Positions 57,301 through 64,000 of a DNA stretch of 64,000 nucleotides are shown piece after piece. Under the pieces are notes generated by a model. That model was not told the DNA's origin, ran no database searches, and saw only the letters and a program-made list of their open reading frames with translations. The translations under genes were made by a program, and so were the position numbers. Position 1 is the stretch's first letter, and each line of letters starts with the position of its first letter. Source of the stretch: Eledone cirrhosa (Eukaryota); assembly GCA_964016885.1 (NCBI GenBank), contig OZ024742.1:32550001-32614000 (forward strand), written 5' to 3'.

Positions 57301-57722
57301 AAAATAACTTTGAATAACTTTGAAATGTTTTGGCCAGTATTGGCCCAGGCCATGTCTAACTTAATAGCACCACCTGGCGAAGTCTTTCAATTCAGGATTT
57401 GGGCACCATGGCCCATTCGAGAAGAGAATTACTGTTTGCGGAGACATATCCGGGTGTGGGTGGTTTGTCCGGGATTACTTGGAGGAATTTGTCCAAAGAC
57501 TTCTTGAATTTTGTGTGGTCAGTTTCTGTTTTGACGTGTCCTGGTGTGATGTTGAAGAGAGCAGGGCCGATTGAGGTGAAATAATTGTGCCGTATTGTTG
57601 TTATGAGTTGCGATTTAGATTTTTGAATGGGACGGATAGCACGGGGCCCAAGCCTTGGGTGTATCTTGAAGGCGATGCCAACATCATTTGGGCAGTGATG
57701 ATGGAACATTTTCCACATCATG
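57301..57722 (-). mobile_element. 3' fragment of a CR1/L2-group LINE
   Basis: Translation HPRLG...GPALFN..P...[26 protein letters not shown] resembles CR1/L2-group ORF2 C-termini; ends in short repeats (TTCAAAGTTA)2. Confidence 0.65.
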
Positions 57723-57799
57723 CAGACACAGTTTCCACATCTCAGACACAGTTTCTCTCTCAACACATTTATGCTGGGTCGTTCACGCACATTTACATG

Positions 57800-57832
<33 letters not shown>

Positions 57833-57853
57833 GTATATGTATATATATATATG

Positions 57854-57906
<53 letters not shown>

Positions 57907-57923
57907 GTATATATATATATATG

Positions 57924-58002
<79 letters not shown>

Positions 58003-58003
58003 G

Positions 58004-58043
<40 letters not shown>

Positions 58044-58143
58044 AATGAAAGGTATAGAAAATATTATAGCAAAAAGCCAACAGTATTCCATATATATATA
58101 TATATGTGTATATATATATATATGTGTGTATATATATATATAC

Positions 58144-58183
<40 letters not shown>

Positions 58184-58196
58184 ATGTATATATATA

Positions 58197-58301
<105 letters not shown>

Positions 58302-58305
58302 ATAT

Positions 58306-59669
58306 CATCATCATCATCATCATTTTACGTCCGCTTTTCCCTGCTTGCAAGGGTGGGACGGGTCTTATTCAGCACAGCATCTCTCCACTCGTCACGGTCC
58401 CTCGTCATCTCCACCGTGAGCTTCAATGATCTGAGGTCTGTTCTCACCACCTCCGCCCATGTTTTTCGTGGTCTACCTCTACCACGTCTTCCTTCAACTG
58501 GCATTTCCTGGCACTTCTTCACCCATCGGTCATCCTCCATGCGCATCACATGTCCATACCACCTCAGTCTCCTCTCCCGTACACTACATTCTATCCTTCT
58601 CAGACACAGTTTCTCTCTCAACACATTTATGCTGGGTCGTTCACGCACATTTACACTGCACATCCAACGGAGCATGCTTGCCTCATTTCTCTCCAGCCGT
58701 CGCATATCCTCTGCGGTTGCTGCCCATGTCTCACTACCATGCAGCATCGCGCTCCTCACACAGGCATCATACAACCGGCCTTTCGTACGCAGGGAGAAAC
58801 CCTTCTTCGTCAACAGAGGAAGCAGCTCCCTAAACTTCTTCCAACCCGTCCTTATTCTAGATACTATGGCCTCGGAACACCCTCCTCCCATGCTAATCTG
58901 ATCTCCTAGGTACCGGAAGCTATCCACCACTTCTATAGCGCCCTCTCGCATTTGAAAAATGTGTCTATCAGTGCGACTTCTACTGTCTAATTTCCCTGTA
59001 CATCTACTGCATACATATTTCTCCCTACCTGTTAGTTTGCCTGCTATCCCGCTACATCTCTTGTGTACCCAGGACCTGCATTGTGTGCATTTTATAGAAT
59101 TTATGCCAGTTCCTTTTCTGCATATCGAACATGGCCATTTCCCTGACGGAATCAGGGTTTTGTCCTCTTTTCTACTCATCAACACTTTTGTCTTAGCTAG
59201 ATTTACTCTCAGTCCTCTTGCTTCCAACTGCTGTTTCCATAGCCGGAATTTATTCTCTAGCTCCTCTACTGATTCTGCCATAAGAGCCAGATCGTCAGCA
59301 TAGAGAAGTTCCCATGGACAGCCAGTCTTAAACTCCTCTGTTATGGCTTGGAGGACTATAATGAACAAGAGCGGGCTGAGGACCGAACCCTGATGTACTC
59401 CTACTTGTATCTGGAATTCCTCACTAAACTCCATTCCTACCCTGACTTTACTGAGAGTACCTCTGTACAAAGTTTGCACTGTCCTCACAAGCCATTCCTC
59501 AACACCCAGCTTCCTTAGAGACCACCAGATGACAGATCGGGGTACCCTATCAAAGGCCTTCTCTAGGTCAACAAAGGCTAAGTATAGTGGCTTATTCTTC
59601 TCTAAGAACCTCTCTTGCATTTGTCTCACCAAGAAGAGGGCATCTGTTGTACTCTTCCCAGGCACAAAA

Positions 59670-59672
<3 letters not shown>
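58306..59672 (-). mobile_element. Second RTE-clade LINE (different subfamily), 5'-truncated at the RT start, inserted in (TA)n
   Basis: Open frame [10 protein letters not shown]...FVDLEKAFD...YADD...GRPRKTW...REKRT*. The stop at 58325 is followed directly by (GAT)n, and (TA)n flanks both sides. Confidence 0.96.
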
Positions 59673-59754
<82 letters not shown>

Positions 59755-59819
59755 GTGTATATATATATATATATATGTGTATATATATATATATATATAT
59801 GTGTGTATATATATATATA

Positions 59820-59862
<43 letters not shown>

Positions 59863-59931
59863 ATATATGTGTGTGTATATATATATATGTGTGTGTGTAT
59901 ATATATATATATGTGTGTGTATATATATATA

Positions 59932-59979
<48 letters not shown>

Positions 59980-60089
59980 TATGTGTGTTTATATATATAT
60001 ACATATACATGTGTGTATATATATATATATATATATACATATATATATGTGTGTATATATATATATATACATATATATATATGTGTGTG

Positions 60090-60122
<33 letters not shown>

Positions 60123-60513
60123 GTATGATATATATATATTATGTATGTACAAATGTATATTATTATGTATAGATTACGGGGTCGATAAAATAAAGTACCA
60201 GTAATGCACTGAGTATTTGCTAGCCTTGTGACAAAAGTAGAAACAATTATTATGTATAGATTATATATATACACATATATATTATATTATATATTATATT
60301 ACTGCAACTTCTACACATTACAATTGGGTTTCGCGGATACCCGCTGGTCACGCAACAATACATAGATAAACACACACGCGCGAACTTGAATATGACCTGA
60401 TTATTCGGTAAACAGCAAAAAAAGAGACAGACAGGTGAGGTTGCGAAACACAAGTCTGTTACACACTGTACAGGGCAGGTGTGGCTGGGGGTTGAAGGTA
60501 ACAATCTGTTTAT

Positions 60514-60550
<37 letters not shown>

Positions 60551-60993
60551 CATACACATTCACAACATACATACACACACACATATATATATATATGTGC
60601 GTGTGTGTACGTATATATATATATATGTGTGTGTATATGTATATATATATGTGTGTGTGTATGTATATATGTATGTGTGTGTGTATGTATATATATATAT
60701 ATACATATATATATATGTGTGTGTGAATAACTGGTTTATTGCCTTCCCCTGATTTTGTTTCCTCATAACTTTCTTAATACATATTTTACAGATATGGTTT
60801 TGAAGGTGCAAATAACGATTATGTTTATGAAATGAAAAATATATTTTTCATTGAAGTAAATTGCCGGAAGTTATCTGTGATCTTAAAACAAAGGATTTAT
60901 CTCCTTTTGTAGTAATTAATACTTCGATGATATCCATCCATCAACTGAAGAAAAAAAAATTAAAAAGCAAAGCAAATGCATATTTTAACGTAC

Positions 60994-61905
60994 CTGGCTT
61001 TCTTCTGGTGCCATGAATACATGGCAGTGAAAATCACTGTTTAGATGGGGTCGTGTAAGATATGCGAAACATCGCGGTTCCTGGTGAGATTCTGCAAACC
61101 TCGACACACCTTGCAGTTTGTGTTCGAAGACTATAAATTCTTTATTGTCTGTTACTAACATATTGCTGTCACTTTGATGGTCTTGAGAAGATGACAGCGA
61201 TTGTGGTAGAGCAGCTGTCGTTTCTACTGCGGACGACGTGCTGTTCGTTAGAGGGTTTGCGGCCTTTAAGTGTTTAGAGTGGTCACAAGAGTCTGGAGTT
61301 GAAGTACACAGAACCTGAACACCTCGAAGACTAATCTCTCTCACTTCCAGTCGGATTTCGCGAAAGCCATCAGATTTCCTCTTCACTTCGGCCACTACCC
61401 ATGGCATCACCAAATGTGGAGACGAATATCGCTTATCGATGGTGGCCGAACCGAGGTAAAGCACCTCAAAAACTGTCCGATGGTATTGGCTAGTAGTGGC
61501 ATGGCTACTAACCACACTGTTGGTAGACATCTCTGTAGCTACTGGTTGTGCTGTTGTTGCTGTCGAGGCTTTGGCGCCAGTATGTGTGTACGTGCTGGAA
61601 GCATTGTTGTTACTAATAGTATCGTTACTATTATTCCTACTGCTGCTGTTGTCGTCGTTGTTATTAATATTGTTGTGGTATTGATGCTGTTGATGTTGGT
61701 GCTGATGTTGCATGCTGTCGGTAGTAGCAGTGGCAGCAGCAGTATTGGGACTGTTAACTGCTGCACCGCTTTCATCCGACCAAGCTTCGGGGCTCGTCGA
61801 CATAATAAGAGGTGAAGAGGATTCTTCATCGTCATCTCCTTCTTCCAGGGAACATCTACCATCCTGCTGCCCGCTGTAACAGGCTTTTTTACCTTCCGAG
61901 TTCAT
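60994..61905 (-). CDS. First coding exon of a TBC1D1/TBC1D4 (AS160, Drosophila pollux)-like Rab GTPase-activating protein; N-terminal PTB domain
   Basis: ORF contains FEVLYLGS...VMPWVVAEVKR...VFEHKLQGVSRF...EPRCFAYL...CHVFMAPEESQ, matching the PTB1 of TBC1D1 (MLPWVVAEVRR...YFACLIK...CYVF) and TBC1D4 (VFRATDPSQV) as recalled. It ends at a phase-0 donor CAG|GTACGT (intron starts at 60993), and the ATG has A at -3. The paralogue cannot be assigned; a single co-orthologue is likely. Confidence 0.88.
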
Positions 61906-62655
61906 TATAATTAATTGAGTAAAAGAATGGAGGAAAAATGAGACTCGGGTAGAAGTTTCCTTATCTTATATTCTCTCCTGCCGTCACACATACGTTTACA
62001 CATATGCGTACGGCCTCTCCCACTCTGTCTCACTCTTTTTCTATCATTCCTCTCTTGCTATCGCTCACTCTATCTTCCTTCCTCTTCACCTCTCTCACAC
62101 TTTTCTTTCTCTCTCTACCTCTCTCTCATACTGTTCCTTTGCATATACCTCCTATTTACGTTCTTTATGCATATATATATATAAATATATATATACCCCA
62201 CCATACAGACAGGCATATAACTATGCAATTTCTTAACTTTTCACTCTTAGCTTTGTCCAGCGAGATTTGCTATCCTCATACTTTCTCTCCACTCCTCCTC
62301 CTTTAATATATGTAAGGTGTATGTGTGATACCTGTATGTATGTACGTTTCTGTCTCTCTCTCCCCCTTATCCGATGGAAATATTTTAACTTTCGGTTTCT
62401 TATATATAGATAAATAGATAGATGAGGTGTTACTAGTAAGACCATTGTTCAGCTTTCTGTCCTACGGCTGAGCTCTTATCGTAGGACAGAAAATCATTAT
62501 AATATATATATATGTATATATGTAGAAGTTATATTTAATTTGTTGGGATACAACAAGCAAATATTTTTATAACTGATGTAAAGCACTCAACAAATTTTTG
62601 GAGTAAAAATACAATATATTAACAAATGGAAACTATATTTATAAAACCATATTTA

Positions 62656-62716
62656 TTTCATTATACATATTTCAAGGACACCAAAGCAAATTATGGTGCG
62701 CTTTCATCAGATAAAA
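62656..62716 (-). ncRNA. Type I hammerhead ribozyme
   Basis: TTTTAT-CTGATGA-AAGCGCACCA-loop-TGGTGTCCTT-GAAA-TATGTA-TA^-ATGAAA. Confidence 0.75.
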
Positions 62717-62848
62717 TATAATATAGATCAGTTTTATAAACAAATATTGACATACCCTTAAAAAATGCGACCATATATTATAATATATATACATATACAT
62801 ATATTATAATATTAATAAATGGAAAATATCTTTATAAAACCATATTTA

Positions 62849-62903
62849 TTTTATTATACGTATTTCAAGGGTACTAATATTTAAGAACGCTTTCCTCAGA
62901 TAA
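62849..62903 (-). ncRNA. Type I hammerhead ribozyme (tandem diverged copy)
   Basis: TTAT-CTGAGGA-AAGCGTTCT...AGTACCCTT-GAAA-TACGTA-TA^-ATAAAA; palindromic TACGTA loop; lies 193 bp from the previous copy within a diverged direct repeat. Confidence 0.7.
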
Positions 62904-63053
62904 CTATCTTAACACCAATTATTACGGAAATACTTAACATATATTTATGTGTGTGTGTGTGTTAAGTATTTCCGTAGAAAAGGTAAAGGAAAGAAGAGTG
63001 TTCTATATATAGTACAGAGCTATTTAATTACATAATAAACAACATAATATAAT

Positions 63054-63126
63054 TATTCCATTACTAAAGGTTCAAGAAACTAGACGATCCTTACAGAAAC
63101 GCCCAGCCCGTTCATCGGTTGAAATA
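63054..63126 (-). ncRNA. Degenerate hammerhead of a second family; dispersed copy at 40327-40400 (-)
   Basis: The 63-kb copy reads CCGATGA...GGGCTGGGCG/CGTCTAGTTT stem II...GAA-CCTTTAG-TA-ATGGAATA. The 40-kb copy has intact CTGATGA, GAAA and stem I (TATTTCAT/ATGGAATA) but a mutated cleavage triplet. The consensus of the two is a complete hammerhead. Confidence 0.6.
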
Positions 63127-63321
63127 GTTATCTCTCTATAAATATATATGTGTGTGTGTGTGTGTTTGTGTAAGGTGGGTTCTTTGCCCTGACGGCTAAG
63201 CTTATACCATTTTGATAACATTGCTTTCGAAACCGTATAAGCTTAGCCGTCGGGCAAAGAACCCCTATAATTATATCTACACTCTACTTTCCTTCAGTAA
63301 ACAGAAGTCATTTTTTTTTTT

Positions 63322-63780
63322 CACGGCAATGTGGCTAACATCCTCCGTTTTTGTTTCGCACAGCCTGCATTTAATGTCAACTAATGACTTCCCCTTTTGT
63401 GCAGTAGGTACTTAGTGGGGATTTCTTGTTCTTGGATTGCATGAAAGAATCCTTCAAGTTGGGATGTTATGAACTCGTCGGAACTCCATGTCAGAATTTT
63501 AGTGTGATTTAGTCCCTCTGTGGTATGCGGTTTTTGTCTCAGGTACTCTTGTACAACCTTTTCATTGAACTAGTCAGTTTTTTTTTTTTATTTTGCTCAA
63601 GCATTAATTAGATTTTTCTAGTGTTCTTGGGAGAGAGATCTATGTCAGCTTTTATTTCACGTCTTCCTTGAAGTTCAATGGCTATCCTCATTATATTGTT
63701 ATTTTCCAGTTTGTAAACCTGGGCGAAATGGCTGCTGACTTTTTCTATTGTTGAAGACGTTGCTTCACTGTTACTATCCA
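63322..63780 (-). mobile_element. Fragment of a restriction-like-endonuclease non-LTR retrotransposon (R4/Dong-like)
   Basis: Translation TWSSDEFITSQLEGFFHAIQEQEIPTKYL then, after a frameshift, IKCRLCETKTEDVSHI: the EG..AIQ(D/E)Q motif plus CCHC knuckle typical of R4/R2-group elements. Confidence 0.75.
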
Positions 63781-64000
63781 TGTCTCATACATTGTTAATA
63801 TGGAGCGAGTCCTGTTGGAAGCAACCGTCTCCAACTAATCAAGCTGGATTCCCAAGCGAGACCAGCCCAGCTCATGGATGTTATCCAACCGTCTTGCTCG
63901 GGATCTACCCCTTGGTCTCCTGCCAGTTGGTTTTGTCCCTAAAATCAGTCCAGCGATTCTTTCCTGAGACATTCTAATCACATGCCCATTGTATCGGAGT

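Noticed and set aside
60316-60356. Possible hammerhead remnant on minus (GTGACCA GCGG GTAT CCGC GAAA); weaker ones near 42735-42770 and 46950-46990
   Set aside because: Core boxes or stem I are too degenerate to support a call by eye.
63668-63690. LKFNGYP on +, reminiscent of the Penelope RT NGYP motif
   Set aside because: No supporting motifs; the opposite strand is explained by the R4/Dong-like fragment.

Overview
Repeat-rich, AT-rich animal genomic DNA. The SINE, RTE-LINE and microsatellite content suggests an octopus or other coleoid cephalopod (inference). The only host gene recognised is the first coding exon of a TBC1D1/TBC1D4 (AS160/pollux)-like Rab-GAP on the minus strand (61905-60994, PTB1 domain, CAG|GTACGT donor), so 1-60993 is probably one intron of at least 61 kb. 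That interval holds a ~21-kb 39-bp minisatellite with nested higher-order duplications, several RTE and CR1-like LINE pieces, tRNA-derived SINEs that share their 3' tail with an RTE LINE, piggyBac- and hAT-type MITEs, and long (TA)n tracts. An R4/Dong-like fragment lies upstream of the exon. Three signals stand out. (1) A ~470-bp tandem repeat (48227-54126) in which every full unit carries a minimal type I hammerhead ribozyme on the gene's sense strand, a retrozyme/Penelope-like system interrupted by a young RTE LINE. (2) Further hammerhead motifs, including an inverted pair at 39.9-40.1 kb and three spaced ~200 bp apart just upstream of the TBC1D start codon. (3) A decayed RAG1-like/Transib transposase (29559-30870, minus) with RAG1-type catalytic spacing and a remnant C-terminal CxxC-GH tail. 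All alignments were done by eye; no database search or folding computation was run.
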